Shown here: positions 52,249 to 62,398 of the stretch, piece after piece
How the letters are laid out: every line of letters begins with the position of its first letter
Position numbering within the stretch: the first letter of the stretch is position 1
Assembly (NCBI GenBank): GCA_037915935.1
Contig: JBAIYK010000040.1
Location: forward strand, 410-64,409
DNA: 64,000 bases
Origin: Solirubrobacterales bacterium
GTDB taxonomy: Bacteria; Actinomycetota; Thermoleophilia; Solirubrobacterales; Solirubrobacteraceae
Direction of reading: 5' to 3'
Position numbers and translations under genes: made by a program
The notes under the pieces: model-generated
Told to the model about the DNA's origin: nothing
The model's database searches: none
The model's input: only the letters and a program-made list of their open reading frames with translations

Positions 52249-53585
52249 CAGAAGAGCACCTTCTGGACGTCGAGCGCGACGTCGGATGCCAGCTCATGCG
52301 CGAGCGCCCCTTCGGCGCGCAGCCGCGCGCGCTCGATCGTCTGCTCGAGCTCGTCCCTGAACTTCGCGATCATCGAGCCGATCGGCATCGCCATCGCGTC
52401 GCCGAGCACGCACAGGCAGTTGCCGATGATGTTGCTGCAGACCGAGGCCATGATGTCGAGGTCCATCGGCGTCGCCTCGCCGGCGGCGATCCTTTCGAGC
52501 ATCTTCACGGTCCAGTTCGTGCCCTCCCTGCAGGGAGTGCACTTGCCGCAGGACTCGTGCCTGTAGAACTTCGCGACCTTCAGCGCGACGTCGAGGATCG
52601 GCGTCGAGTCGTCGACGACGATGATCGCGCCGGAGCCGAGCATGCTGCCCGCCTTCGCGAGCGAGTCGAAGTCGTAGGGGACGTAGAGATCCTCGGCGGT
52701 GAGGACGGGGGCGGAGGAGCCGCCGGGGAACCAGCACTTCACCTCGTGGCCCTCCGGCGGACCGCCCGCGAGGCCGTAGATGATCTCGCGCGAGCAGGTG
52801 CCGAGCTCGATCTCGTAGTTGCCGGGGCGCTGGACGTGCCCGGAGATCGAGACGACCTTCGTGCCTTTCGAGGTCTCGGTGCCGATCGCGGCGTAGGACT
52901 CGCCGCCCATCTTCACGATCGCCGGCACGGTCGAGAGCGTCTCGACGTTGTTGATGAGCGTCGGCCCCTGGTAGAGGCCGTTGATCGCCGGGAACGGCGG
53001 CTTCAGGCGCGGGTTGCCCCGCTTGCCCTCGAGCGAGTCGAGCAGCCCCGTCTCCTCGCCGCAGATGTAGGCGCCGGCGCCGCGGTGCACGACGAGCGAG
53101 AAGGAGTGGCCGCTGCCGAGCACGTCCTCTCCCACGTAGCCGGCGTCTCGCACTTCGGCGAGCGCCCTGTCGAGCGTGTCCGCCTGCAGCACGTACTCGC
53201 CGCGGATGTAGATGAACGCCTCCGCGATCCCGGCGGCGTAGGTGGCGATCGCGATTCCCTCGATCAGCATGTGCGGGCTCTTCTGCATCAGCTCGCGGTC
53301 CTTGAACGTGCCGGGCTCCGACTCGTCGGCGTTGCAGACGAGGTACTTGCGCGCGGCGCCCTTCGGCAGGAAGGAGACCTTCTTGCCCATCGCGAAGCCT
53401 GCGCCGCCGCGGCCGCGCAGGCCGGAGGCTTCGAGCTCGGCGAGCACCTGGTCGGGCTCCATCGTGAGCGCCTTGCGCAGCGCCTGATAGCCGCCGCGGC
53501 GCTCGTAGACCTCGCGCGTCGCAAGCCCCGGCTCGTCGATGTCGGCGAGCAGCAGCATCCGCCGCTCCGCGGTGACGGCGCTCAT
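52248..53585 (-). CDS. nuoF: NADH-quinone oxidoreductase subunit F
   Basis: FMN/NADH motifs GRGGAGF and GAGAYICGEET; N3 cluster ESCGKCTPCREG. Confidence 0.95.
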   Translation of the reverse strand: MSAVTAERRMLLLADIDEPGLATREVYERRGGYQALRKALTMEPDQVLAELEASGLRGRGGAGFAMGKKVSFLPKGAARKYLVCNADESEPGTFKDRELMQKSPHMLIEGIAIATYAAGIAEAFIYIRGEYVLQADTLDRALAEVRDAGYVGEDVLGSGHSFSLVVHRGAGAYICGEETGLLDSLEGKRGNPRLKPPFPAINGLYQGPTLINNVETLSTVPAIVKMGGESYAAIGTETSKGTKVVSISGHVQRPGNYEIELGTCSREIIYGLAGGPPEGHEVKCWFPGGSSAPVLTAEDLYVPYDFDSLAKAGSMLGSGAIIVVDDSTPILDVALKVAKFYRHESCGKCTPCREGTNWTVKMLERIAAGEATPMDLDIMASVCSNIIGNCLCVLGDAMAMPIGSMIAKFRDELEQTIERARLRAEGALAHELASDVALDVQKVLF

Positions 53586-54223
53586 CCGCTATCGCCTCGG
53601 TCAGCTGTCTGCACGGGGTGGGAAGGGTACTCGCGCGCGTTCGCGAGCGGATCGGCGACGAGCATCCGCGCGAGCTGCTTGTCCGGCAGCACCGGCCTGC
53701 CCGCGCGCAGGTCCTCCAGCAGCGCCGGCACGTCTTCGATATCGAGCGGGCCGACGTAGACGCCGTCGACGGAGGCCATCGGCGCGATGTCGCAGGCGCC
53801 GAGGCACTCGAAGGGCCGTACGTTGAGATCGGCGTCGCCTGCTGCCGCATCGCGGATCGCCTCGAACAGCGCGTCCGCGCCGCGCAGCGAGCAGGAGATG
53901 TTCGTGCAGACGTAGACCGAGTGGCGCCCGACGGGCTTGGTCTCGAGCATGTCGTAGAAGGTCGCGACCGCCTCCAGCGAGGCGGGCGTCACCTGCATCA
54001 CGCAGGCGACCTGCTCGATCGCCTGCGGCGAGCACCAGCCGTGCAGGCGCTGGGCGGCGGCGAGCGCCGGCAGCGCAGCGGAGGTGGGATCGGGGTAGAG
54101 CGCCATGTGGCCTTCGATCTCCTGCCGCAGCGCCTGCGGCACCTCGACCTCCTCCGGGCTGGGGATCTCGGCGGGGGGCTTGTGCGCTTCGGTCGCGCGG
54201 TCCCAGCCGCTGGCAGCGCTCAT
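53582..54223 (-). CDS. nuoE: NADH-quinone oxidoreductase subunit E
   Basis: [2Fe-2S] Cys pattern CTNISC...CLGACDIAP. Confidence 0.9.
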   Translation of the reverse strand: MSAASGWDRATEAHKPPAEIPSPEEVEVPQALRQEIEGHMALYPDPTSAALPALAAAQRLHGWCSPQAIEQVACVMQVTPASLEAVATFYDMLETKPVGRHSVYVCTNISCSLRGADALFEAIRDAAAGDADLNVRPFECLGACDIAPMASVDGVYVGPLDIEDVPALLEDLRAGRPVLPDKQLARMLVADPLANAREYPSHPVQTADRGDSG

Positions 54224-55524
54224 CGGTCGATGCCTCCGAGCACCGGATCGAGCATCGCGAGCGTCGCGATCAGGTCCGCGATGTAGGAGCCCTCGGCCAT
54301 CTCAGAGAGCGCCTGCAGGTTCACGAAGCTCGGGTCGCGCATGTGCACGCGCGCGGGCTTCGAGGAGCCGTCGGAGCGCACGAAGCAGCCGAGCTCGCCG
54401 CGCGGGGACTCGATCGGCGAGTAGACCTCGCCAGGCGGGATGCGCATGCCCTCCGTCACGAGCTTGAAGTGGTGGATCAGCGCCTCCATCGAGGTCGCGA
54501 GCTCGTGCCGCGGTGGCAGCGCGACCTTGCGGTCGGTCGTGATGTAGGGGCCTTCGGGCAGCCCTTGCAGCGCCTGGTCGATGATCTTCACCGACTCGTA
54601 GATCTCGGCGAGGCGGACGACGAAGCGGTCGTAGTTGTCGCCGACCGTGCCGACGGGGACCTTGAAGTCGAACTTCTCGTAGGAGGAGTAGGGCGCCGCC
54701 TTGCGCAGGTCCCACGGATGGCCGGCAGCGCGCAGCAGCGGCCCGGTCACGCCGTAGCTCAGCAGCCTCTCGGCATCGAGCGCGCAGGTGCCGCGCAGGC
54801 GCTGCAGCACGATCTCGTTGCCGTGCAAGAGCGCGTTGTACTGGTCGGCGCGCTTCGGCATCGCATCGACGAACTCGCGCAGCTTCTGCGCGAAGCCCTG
54901 CGGGATGTCCTCGATCACGCCGCCGACCTGGAAGTAGCGCGTGTGCATGCGCTGCCCGGATGACATCTCGAACAGGTCGAGGATCTGCTCGCGCTCGCGG
55001 AAGCAGTACCAGAACATCGAGATCGCGCCGAGGTCGAGCGCGGAGGTGCCGAGCCAGACGAGGTGGGACATGATCCGGTTCAGCTCGAGGTGGATGATCC
55101 TGAGGAACTGCGCCCGCGGCGGCACCTCGACCTCGGCGATCGCCTCGACCGCGGTGCAGAAGGCCATCGCGTTGAAGAAGTAGGAGAGGTAGTCCATCCG
55201 CTCGAGCACGGGGATCACCTTCCAGTAGGACTTGTCCTCGGCCGTCTTCTCGATGCCGGTGTGGACGTAGCCGATGATCGGCTTGATGTCGCGCACGACC
55301 TCGCCCTGGAGCGTGATCAGCAGCCGCAACACGCCGTGCGTCGCGGGGTGGTGCGGGCCCATGTTGAGCGTGAGCAGCTCCTCGCGCTCGCGGCCGCCGC
55401 CCCAGTCGAGCACCCACTCCTCGGCGCCGGCTTGGTCTGCCTCGGGGCGGTCGAGCGGGGAGAGCGTGATGCTCTCCTCCATCTGGCGGTAGGGGGACTT
55501 CGTCGGCTGCTGCGCCGGGCTCAT
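54220..55524 (-). CDS. nuoD: NADH-quinone oxidoreductase subunit D
   Basis: 434 aa with NMGPHHPATHGVLRL. Confidence 0.95.
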   Translation of the reverse strand: MSPAQQPTKSPYRQMEESITLSPLDRPEADQAGAEEWVLDWGGGREREELLTLNMGPHHPATHGVLRLLITLQGEVVRDIKPIIGYVHTGIEKTAEDKSYWKVIPVLERMDYLSYFFNAMAFCTAVEAIAEVEVPPRAQFLRIIHLELNRIMSHLVWLGTSALDLGAISMFWYCFREREQILDLFEMSSGQRMHTRYFQVGGVIEDIPQGFAQKLREFVDAMPKRADQYNALLHGNEIVLQRLRGTCALDAERLLSYGVTGPLLRAAGHPWDLRKAAPYSSYEKFDFKVPVGTVGDNYDRFVVRLAEIYESVKIIDQALQGLPEGPYITTDRKVALPPRHELATSMEALIHHFKLVTEGMRIPPGEVYSPIESPRGELGCFVRSDGSSKPARVHMRDPSFVNLQALSEMAEGSYIADLIATLAMLDPVLGGIDR

Positions 55525-55587
55525 TGCGCGCTACCGCCGAGCATGACTGTCACTGCGAGGTGGTTGGGGGTGGGTCGGGCGGGAAAT

Positions 55588-56091
55588 TCAGGCATCGGAA
55601 TCGTTGAACGTGAACAGCACCGGCTCGCCGCCGATCGGGAAGTCCCGCCGCTGGGGATGCCCCTCGTAGTCCTCCGGCATCAGGATCCGGCGCAGGTCGG
55701 GGTGCCCGTCGAAGATGACGCCGAACATGTCGTAGACCTCGCGCTCCTGGTGGTTCGCCGTCGGCCACTCCTCGCACACCGAGTCGACGTGCGGGTGCTC
55801 CGTGCTGACGCGCACCTTCACCGTGATCCTGTCGACGTTCGCCATGTCGAGCAGCTCGTAGTGGACGCCGAGGCGCGGCTCGTGCGGGTGGTAGTCGACG
55901 CCGTGGAGACTCGACATGAAGGCATAGCCGCGCTCGCGCAGCCGCTGCAGCGCCGGCAGGATCGCGCGCGGGGAGACGGCGACGCTCGCGCGCTCGCGGA
56001 AGAACGTCGTCTGCAGCACGCCGTCCGCGCCGATCCGCTCGTCGGCTCGCAGCTCCTGCGCGATCAGCTCGAGCCCGGTCGCGTCAGGCAC
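55588..56091 (-). CDS. nuoC: NADH-quinone oxidoreductase subunit C
   Basis: GTG at 56091 chosen (8-nt overlap with nuoB) rather than the ORF start at 56169. Conserved [22 protein letters not shown]. Confidence 0.85.
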   Translation of the reverse strand: MPDATGLELIAQELRADERIGADGVLQTTFFRERASVAVSPRAILPALQRLRERGYAFMSSLHGVDYHPHEPRLGVHYELLDMANVDRITVKVRVSTEHPHVDSVCEEWPTANHQEREVYDMFGVIFDGHPDLRRILMPEDYEGHPQRRDFPIGGEPVLFTFNDSDA

Positions 56092-56914
56092 TCGATGCGT
56101 CCCCTCGCACAAGCGGTCCCTCAACCACCGGGCTCCCCTCGAGCGTCGGAGCTCGCTCCTCGGTCCCAACCGCGCCGTAGCGCTTGCGCCAGCTGAGGTC
56201 AGGGTCCTCCTGGACCATCTTGCGCAGCTTCAGCACGCCGTGCATCAGCGCCTCCGGGCGCGGCGGGCACCCTGGCACGTGGACGTCGATCGGCATGAAC
56301 TTGTCCGCGGGCACGAGCGCGTAGTTGTTGAAGACGCCCATCGAGGAGCAGCAGGCGCCCATCGAGATCGTCCACTTCGGCTCGAGCATCTGGTCGTAGA
56401 TGCGGCGCACGACCGGCGCCATCTTGATCGAGACGCGCCCGGAGAGGATGAGCAGGTCCGCCTGTCGCGGCGAGGCCCTGAACGCCTCGTAGCCGAAGCG
56501 GGCGACGTCGACGCGGGCGGCGACGATCGACATCATCTCGATCGCGCAGCAGGCGAGTCCGAACGTCGCGGGGAAGAACGAGTTCGAGCGGCCCCAGGCG
56601 ACGGCCGCCTCGAGCGTCGTCGTCAGCACGCGTTCGTGGACGTAGCGCTCGAGCTCCTCGTCGCGCAGGCTGTCGCTCTCGATCCGCTCGCCTTCGAGGT
56701 GCACGCCAGGCGTCGGGCCCTCGACGTCGCCGCCGCGCAGCAGCCTGCGCGCGCTCGTGCGCCTGATCCGCAGGCGCTCGGAATCGACGATGCCGTTGAG
56801 CGCCGCGCCGCGAGGAGTCGCGCCGTAAGGGATCGCGCCGGGGCGGTGGGGGGAGGCGCCGTGACCGGAGCCCGCCCCCCCGACAGCTCCTCCGCGCGGC
56901 GTCTTGCGCCTCAC
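56084..56914 (-). CDS. nuoB: NADH-quinone oxidoreductase subunit B, with a roughly 95-aa N-terminal extension
   Basis: Core [11 protein letters not shown]...GACCSS...[11 protein letters not shown]. The GTG at 56914 overlaps the nuoA stop (GTGA). No ATG exists between that point and the conserved core. Confidence 0.8.
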   Translation of the reverse strand: MRRKTPRGGAVGGAGSGHGASPHRPGAIPYGATPRGAALNGIVDSERLRIRRTSARRLLRGGDVEGPTPGVHLEGERIESDSLRDEELERYVHERVLTTTLEAAVAWGRSNSFFPATFGLACCAIEMMSIVAARVDVARFGYEAFRASPRQADLLILSGRVSIKMAPVVRRIYDQMLEPKWTISMGACCSSMGVFNNYALVPADKFMPIDVHVPGCPPRPEALMHGVLKLRKMVQEDPDLSWRKRYGAVGTEERAPTLEGSPVVEGPLVRGDASSA

Positions 56915-57267
56915 TTCCACTGCAGCGCTCCCCTGCGCCAGACGTAGAGGAACGCGACGAGCAGGAGCACGACGAACACGATCGTCTCCGCGAGCGCGAA
57001 GCCGCCGTAGGCGCGCAGCTGCACCGCGATCGGGTAGAGGAAGACGACCTCGATGTCGAAGAGGATGAAGAGCATCGCGATCAGGTAGAAGCTGATCCCG
57101 AAGCGCATCCCGCGCTTCACCTCCGAGGGCAGCCCGCACTCGTAGGGGGCGCTCTTGCGGGCGATCGCGCGGCGCGGCCCGATCACCGAGTTGAGAGCGG
57201 CGAATGCAGCCCCGACGGCGCCGCCCAATGCGAGGAAGACGATCGCCGGTAGGTAGCTGCGCAGCAC
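56911..57267 (-). CDS. nuoA: NADH-quinone oxidoreductase subunit A
   Basis: 118 aa, 3 TM, GTG start, with YECG and [10 protein letters not shown]. Confidence 0.9.
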   Translation of the reverse strand: MLRSYLPAIVFLALGGAVGAAFAALNSVIGPRRAIARKSAPYECGLPSEVKRGMRFGISFYLIAMLFILFDIEVVFLYPIAVQLRAYGGFALAETIVFVVLLLVAFLYVWRRGALQWK

Positions 57268-57274
57268 GGGCGCT

Positions 57275-57303
57275 GTTATATCACCCTTGTGGCAATCTGT
57301 TAC
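57275..57303 (-). promoter_or_regulatory. Candidate nuo promoter: -35 GTAACA (57303-57298), 17-nt spacer, -10 TATAAC (57280-57275)
   Basis: The only AT-rich stretch upstream of nuoA. The -10 ends 7 nt before the GTG start, which suggests a leaderless or near-leaderless mRNA. Confidence 0.35.
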
Positions 57304-57359
57304 ATAGTGACGATTGACGCGAGCCGCGCTATGTGCTACTGCGATGAGAGGCCCCTTCG

Positions 57360-57812
57360 ATGACGGCCGCGGTGATCGTCGGCGCGATCGCGGTCGCGGC
57401 GATCAACGCGCTGCCCGCGTTGCTCGGCGGCTGGCGCTGGCGGCGCGGCGAGTCGAGCAGGGCCTTCTGGATCGCGCTGCGGGTCGGCCAGGCGGCGGCG
57501 CTCGCTCTCGCGCTCGCTATCGGCCTGCTCGCGCTCGCCGGCCGCTATTCGCGCGAACACCTCTTCTACCTGTACGCGCTGCTGCCGCTCGCGATCGCGT
57601 TCGTCGCCGAGCAACTGCGCATCGCCTCCGCCCAGACGATCCTCGACCGCCACGAGCTGCAGGACGCGCAGGCGGTCGGCAGGCTGCCGACGGCGCAGCA
57701 GCGCCAGATCGTCGCGGCGATCGTGCGGCGCGAGATGGGCGTGATGGCGCTCTCCGCCGCGGTCGTCGTCTTCCTCGCGCTGCGCGCCGCCGAAACGGCC
57801 CACGGCTTCTGA
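57360..57812 (+). CDS. Hypothetical membrane protein (150 aa, 4 TM)
   Basis: Hydrophobic pattern only. Divergent from nuoA. Confidence 0.5.
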   Translation: MTAAVIVGAIAVAAINALPALLGGWRWRRGESSRAFWIALRVGQAAALALALAIGLLALAGRYSREHLFYLYALLPLAIAFVAEQLRIASAQTILDRHELQDAQAVGRLPTAQQRQIVAAIVRREMGVMALSAAVVVFLALRAAETAHGF

Positions 57813-57833
57813 CCCCGGTATATTCCCGCGCGC

Positions 57834-58250
57834 ATGCAGGGCGCAGCAAAGACCATCGCCGGTGCAGCCGCCGCGCTTGCCGTCGCCGCGGCGCTCTCCG
57901 CCTGCGGCACTCAGGGCATCCAGCTCTCGAAGTCGAGCCCCGACTACAGCGGCGCCGTCATCTTCCGCGACCACTGCTCCGGCTGCCACACGCTCGCGGT
58001 CGTCGGCGCCGAGGGCTCGGCTCAGAGCGTGCCCGACCGCGTGAAGACGAACGCCCCGAACTTCGACTTCCGCAAGGAGAACGTCCAGCAGGTCCTCTAC
58101 GCGCTTCGCAACGGCGGCTTCTCCGGCGAGGTGATGCCCGAGAACGTCGTCGTCGGCAGGCAGGCCCAAGAGGTCGCCGAATTCCTCGCGAGGTACTCCG
58201 GCCTGAAGGCGCCGAAGGAGCCGGGCGAAGGCGGCGAAGCCGCGAAGTAG
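57834..58250 (+). CDS. Lipoprotein c-type cytochrome
   Basis: Signal peptide with lipobox LSACG. Haem-binding CSGCH, with a distal Met candidate in EVMPEN. Confidence 0.8.
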   Translation: MQGAAKTIAGAAAALAVAAALSACGTQGIQLSKSSPDYSGAVIFRDHCSGCHTLAVVGAEGSAQSVPDRVKTNAPNFDFRKENVQQVLYALRNGGFSGEVMPENVVVGRQAQEVAEFLARYSGLKAPKEPGEGGEAAK

Positions 58251-58284
58251 CGATGCGGGCGAGCGGCATCGCGAAGGCGGCCCG

Positions 58285-59547
58285 ATGCTCGATCTGAAGC
58301 TGATCCGGCGCGAGCCAGAACAGGTGAAGCGGGCGCTTTCGCGGCGGGACCCGCAGCTCGCGGCGGTGTTGGATGGGATCGTGGCGCTCGACGGGGAGTG
58401 GCGGGCCGCGACTGCCAGCGCCGAGAACCTGCGCGCCGCCCAGAAGGAAGCGTCCGATCAGGTCGCGGCCGGCAAGCGCGCGGGGGCAGATGTGAGTGGC
58501 TGGCTCGAGAAGCTGAAGCAGATGAGCGCCGATGTGAAGGCGCTCTCCGAGCAGGCGGACGCCGCTAGAGAGCGGCTCGACACGCAGCTCGCCCGCCTGC
58601 CGAACATGCCCGACCCGAGCGCGGCGCCGGGGCCTGAGGACGAGGTCGTACGCGTCGTGGGCGAGCCGCCGCAGCTGGGCTTCGAGCCCCGCGACCACCT
58701 CGACCTCGCCGGCGGCCTGATCGACATGGAGCGCGCCGCAAACCTCTCCGGGGCGCGCTTCGCCTACCTGAAGGGCGACCTCGTGCTGCTCGAGCTCGCG
58801 CTCGTGCGCTACGCGATCGAGAAGCTGATATCGCACGGCTTTCAGCCGGTGATCCCGCCCGTGCTCGTGCGCGAGCGCGCGCTCTACGGCACCGGCTTCC
58901 TGCCGGACACCGAGCAGCAGATCTACCGCGTTCCAGACGACGACCTCCACCTCGTCGGCACCTCCGAGGTCGCGCTCGCCTCGCTGCACGACCGCGAGCT
59001 GATCGACGCGCAGCGGCTGCCGCTGCGCTACGCGGGCTTCTCGCCCTGCTTCAGGCGCGAGGCGGGCGCGGCGGGCAAGGACACGCGCGGCATCTTCAGG
59101 GTGCACCAGTTCGACAAGGTGGAGATGTTCAGCTTCGTCGCCCCGGAGGATTCGGCCGCCGAGCACGAGCGCATCCTCGCGATCGAGGAGGAGATCCTGA
59201 CCGAGCTCGAGATTCCCTACAGGGTCGTGAACATCGCCGTGAACGACCTCGGCGGCTCCGCGGCGAAGAAGTACGACTGCGAGGCGTGGATCCCGAGCCA
59301 GGGCCGCTACCGCGAGCTCACCTCGTGCTCGAACACGACCGACTACCAGGCGCGCCGGCTCGAGATCAGGGTGCGCCAGCAGGGCTCCTCGCCCGAGGTT
59401 CTGCACACGCTGAACGGCACCGCGATCGCGGTCGGCCGCACGATCGTCGCGCTGCTGGAGAACGGCCAGCGCGAGGACGGCAGCGTGTCGCTGCCGGAGC
59501 GCCTGCACCCCTACGGAGCTCCGGCAACGTTGGCATCTCTGGGGTAG
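58285..59547 (+). CDS. serS: Seryl-tRNA synthetase
   Basis: 420 aa with an N-terminal coiled-coil arm. Class II motifs FRREAG..., GIFRVHQFDKVE and LNGTAIAVGRTIVALLEN. Confidence 0.95.
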   Translation: MLDLKLIRREPEQVKRALSRRDPQLAAVLDGIVALDGEWRAATASAENLRAAQKEASDQVAAGKRAGADVSGWLEKLKQMSADVKALSEQADAARERLDTQLARLPNMPDPSAAPGPEDEVVRVVGEPPQLGFEPRDHLDLAGGLIDMERAANLSGARFAYLKGDLVLLELALVRYAIEKLISHGFQPVIPPVLVRERALYGTGFLPDTEQQIYRVPDDDLHLVGTSEVALASLHDRELIDAQRLPLRYAGFSPCFRREAGAAGKDTRGIFRVHQFDKVEMFSFVAPEDSAAEHERILAIEEEILTELEIPYRVVNIAVNDLGGSAAKKYDCEAWIPSQGRYRELTSCSNTTDYQARRLEIRVRQQGSSPEVLHTLNGTAIAVGRTIVALLENGQREDGSVSLPERLHPYGAPATLASLG

Positions 59548-59560
59548 GGCCCCCCAGCGG

Positions 59561-59600
59561 CATTAGGTGCTCATGCCTAATGTTCTGGCACCTATTGTTT
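59561..59600 (+). terminator. Candidate intrinsic terminator after serS
   Basis: Hairpin CATTAGG-8 nt-CCTAATG (59561-59582), nested with AGGTGC...GCACCT and followed by ATTGTTT. The stem is AT-rich and weak. Confidence 0.35.
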
Positions 59601-59735
59601 GCGGACCTTCTTGCCGCCGGCGACTGACGGCCCGCGCCGGCCACGACGAAAGCGCGGGCTGAGGCCTGACCCGATCGATCCAGCTCTGTTGACGCTGCCG
59701 TCCACGAGCCAGGCCCCCATCCGCAACTGCGGCTC

Positions 59736-59957
59736 TCAGCCTGGGAACGGCTCCGGCGTCCGCTCGCCGGGGACGTAGCTGTCCTCGGGCTCGAGCAGCT
59801 GCCCGATCTGTTCCCTGAGCTCCGGCGTGTCGGCGTGGCCGTGGACCGAAGCGGCGTGCTGCGCGGCCGCCTCGACGACCTCCGACTCCTCGCCGATGAT
59901 CGTGAGCGTGCATTTCGACTCGCTCTCGAAGCGACGGCAGTCAGCCATCTTGCGCAT
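59736..59957 (-). CDS. DUF1059-like small protein
   Basis: MADCRRFESESKCTLTIIGEESEVVEAAAQHAASVHGH fits my memory of DUF1059. The start may be the ATG at 59948. Confidence 0.55.
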   Translation of the reverse strand: MRKMADCRRFESESKCTLTIIGEESEVVEAAAQHAASVHGHADTPELREQIGQLLEPEDSYVPGERTPEPFPG

Positions 59958-60141
59958 TCCTCACCTCCCTTCGCTGTCAGAACTCTGACTACGGTCGACT
60001 CTAGACCAAACGCGGGCGCGCGGGCCGCCGTCTTGCTCGATGGACGCGTGAGGTTCTGGCCCACGCGCCGATGCAGCGGCCGCCTCGGATCGCGTCGCTC
60101 CCGGCCCGCGCGCCGATGCGGCGGCCGCCTGATTTACGCTG

Positions 60142-61635
60142 ATGGACGTGGCGAGTCCCTTCGGCTACCTGCTTGGCTCAGAGCCTCCTCCCCGTCGTCT
60201 CGGGGTGCTCGCCGCGCTCGCGGCGGTCGCGCTCTGCACGCTGATCGTCTATCCGCTGAAGCACGTCGCGCCAGTCGTCTCGCTGAGCGTCGTGTACCTG
60301 CCGGCGGTGCTGTTCGTCTCGGCGACCTGGGGCGGCTGGCTCGGCGCGGCCACGGGCGTGGTGAGCGCGCTCACCTTCAACTTCTTCCATCTGCAGCCGA
60401 CGGGGCAGCTGACGCTGCGCAACGCCGACGAGTGGGTGGCGCTCGTGACGTTCCTGATCGTCGCCTGGCTCGTGAGCTCGGTCGCCGAGGTGACGCGGTC
60501 GCGCGCCCGCGAGGCGGCGCAGCGGCGGCGGGAGGCGGACCTCGCCGCCGAGATGGCGCGGCTGCTGTTGCGCGGCAACCCCTTGAGCGTCGACCTGCCG
60601 GCCGCGGCGGCGCGGCTCGCACAGGCGCTCGACATGCCGTCGGTCTCGATCGAGCTTGGCATCGTCGAGGGCGACGAAAGGCATCTCGCCTTCCCCCTGC
60701 GCGACGAAGCGCGGCGCCTCGGCACGCTGATCGCGCCTGCGGATGCAGGCGAGGAGAAGCTGCGCCGCCTGCAGGAGCGGGTCGTCCCTGCGCTCGAGGC
60801 GCTGCTGAGCGCGGCCCTCGAGCGCGAATCGCTGCTCGGCGACGTGGTCGAGAACGCCGCCCTGCGCCGCGCCGACGTGGTGAAGACCGCTTTGCTGAGA
60901 GCCGTCTCCCACGACCTGCGCTCGCCGCTGACGGCGATCTCGACCGCGAGCGAGGCGATCGCCTCGCCGACCCTGTCCGGGCAGGAGCGCGTGGAGATGG
61001 CGACGATCATCGAGCAGGAGACGCGCCGTCTCTCGCGGCTGGTGGACAACCTGCTCGACCTCTCGCGCCTGCAAGCCGGCGTCGCCGAGCCGCAGGTCGA
61101 GTGGACGGCGGTCGACGAGCTGATCCATGCCGCGCTGCGGGAGCTCTCGGCGAAGCCGGAGGAGTTCGCGCTCGCGATCGACCGCGACCTGCCGCTGGTG
61201 AAGGCCGACCCGGTGCAGCTCGAGCGCGCGTTCGTGAACGTGCTGGAGAACGCGCGCCGCCACTCCGGCGGGCATCCGGTCTCGGTGCGGGCGCGCGCCG
61301 TGCGCGCCCTCTCCGCCCCGTCTGCCGGCGACGGCCTCTCCGGCGATCGCCTGATCGTGCGCGTCGTCGACCGTGGGCCAGGGATACCGCCGGCACAACT
61401 GGAGCGCGTGTTCGAGCCCTTCTACAGAGCTGGCACGCCGCAGGGCGGGCACCGCGGCTCCGGTCTGGGGCTCGCGATCGCGCGCGGCTTCGCCGAGGCG
61501 AACGGCGGGCGCCTGCACGCGGAGTCGCTGCCAGGCCAGGGCACGAGCTTCGTGTTCGAGCTGCCGCTGAGCGAGCCGGCCCAGGCGCCGCCGCCGGAGG
61601 AGCGGCTGCCCGCGGGCGGCCGCAGCGACCGATGA
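60142..61635 (+). CDS. kdpD: KdpD-type sensor histidine kinase lacking the N-terminal KdpD/Usp sensor domains
   Basis: Begins directly with the 4-TM DUF4118-like region, followed by a GAF-like linker. H-box SHDLRSPL, N-box NVLENARRH, G-boxes DRGPGI and GSGLGLAI. Confidence 0.85.
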   Translation: MDVASPFGYLLGSEPPPRRLGVLAALAAVALCTLIVYPLKHVAPVVSLSVVYLPAVLFVSATWGGWLGAATGVVSALTFNFFHLQPTGQLTLRNADEWVALVTFLIVAWLVSSVAEVTRSRAREAAQRRREADLAAEMARLLLRGNPLSVDLPAAAARLAQALDMPSVSIELGIVEGDERHLAFPLRDEARRLGTLIAPADAGEEKLRRLQERVVPALEALLSAALERESLLGDVVENAALRRADVVKTALLRAVSHDLRSPLTAISTASEAIASPTLSGQERVEMATIIEQETRRLSRLVDNLLDLSRLQAGVAEPQVEWTAVDELIHAALRELSAKPEEFALAIDRDLPLVKADPVQLERAFVNVLENARRHSGGHPVSVRARAVRALSAPSAGDGLSGDRLIVRVVDRGPGIPPAQLERVFEPFYRAGTPQGGHRGSGLGLAIARGFAEANGGRLHAESLPGQGTSFVFELPLSEPAQAPPPEERLPAGGRSDR

Positions 61636-62309
61636 GCAGCCGCGTGCTCGTCGTCGACGACGAGCCGCAGATCCTGCGCGCGCTGCGCGTCGTGCTGCGC
61701 GACGAGGGCTACGAGGTGGTGCCCGCCGAAACCGGCTCGGAGGCGCTCGACAGGGCAGCGGTGCGCCCGCCGGACGCCGCGATCGTAGATCTGATGCTGC
61801 CTGACATCGACGGCGTCGAGGTGACGAGGCGGCTGAGGGAGTGGAGCGAGATGCCGATCCTCGTGCTCTCCGCGGTCGGGGAGGAGGAGCAGAAGGTGAG
61901 GGCGCTGCAGGCGGGCGCCGACGACTACATCACGAAGCCGTTCGGCTCGCGCGAGCTGGTCGCGCGCCTGCAGGCGGCGCTGCGGCGCGTCGGCCGTGGC
62001 GAGGAGCAGCCGTCGATTCGCGCGGGCGAGCTGGAGGTGGACCTCGCTGCGCGCACGGTGTCACTGGCCGGCGAGCCGGTTCACCTGACGCCGATCGAGT
62101 TCGACCTGCTGAAGGCGCTCTCGCGCAACCGCGGCAGGTTGATGACCCACCGCGCGCTGCTGCGCGAGGTGTGGGGCCCGGAGTACGTCGACGACGTGCA
62201 GGCGCTGCGCACCCACATCGCGCGCCTGCGGGCGAAGATCGAGCCGCAGGCGGCGGTCCCGCGCTACGTGGTGACGGAGCCGGGCGTCGGCTACCGATTC
62301 GCGGCCTGA
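61632..62309 (+). CDS. kdpE: OmpR-family response regulator KdpE
   Basis: ATGA overlap with kdpD. Receiver domain VLVVDDE...DLMLPDIDG...KPF, and a winged-helix output ending GVGYRF. Confidence 0.9.
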   Translation: MSSRVLVVDDEPQILRALRVVLRDEGYEVVPAETGSEALDRAAVRPPDAAIVDLMLPDIDGVEVTRRLREWSEMPILVLSAVGEEEQKVRALQAGADDYITKPFGSRELVARLQAALRRVGRGEEQPSIRAGELEVDLAARTVSLAGEPVHLTPIEFDLLKALSRNRGRLMTHRALLREVWGPEYVDDVQALRTHIARLRAKIEPQAAVPRYVVTEPGVGYRFAA

Positions 62310-62398
62310 TCGCAGGTTTCACGGCTGGATACGCCACCGTCACGAAATCGTTATGTGACGGGAACGCATCGTAATGCGGCCGTGATGCGCGGCTGTCC

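Noticed and set aside
59835-62309. 824-aa ORF read as one gene
   Set aside because: Only the last 225 codons (from ATG 61632) form a response regulator. The upstream part is a shadow of kdpD in another frame.
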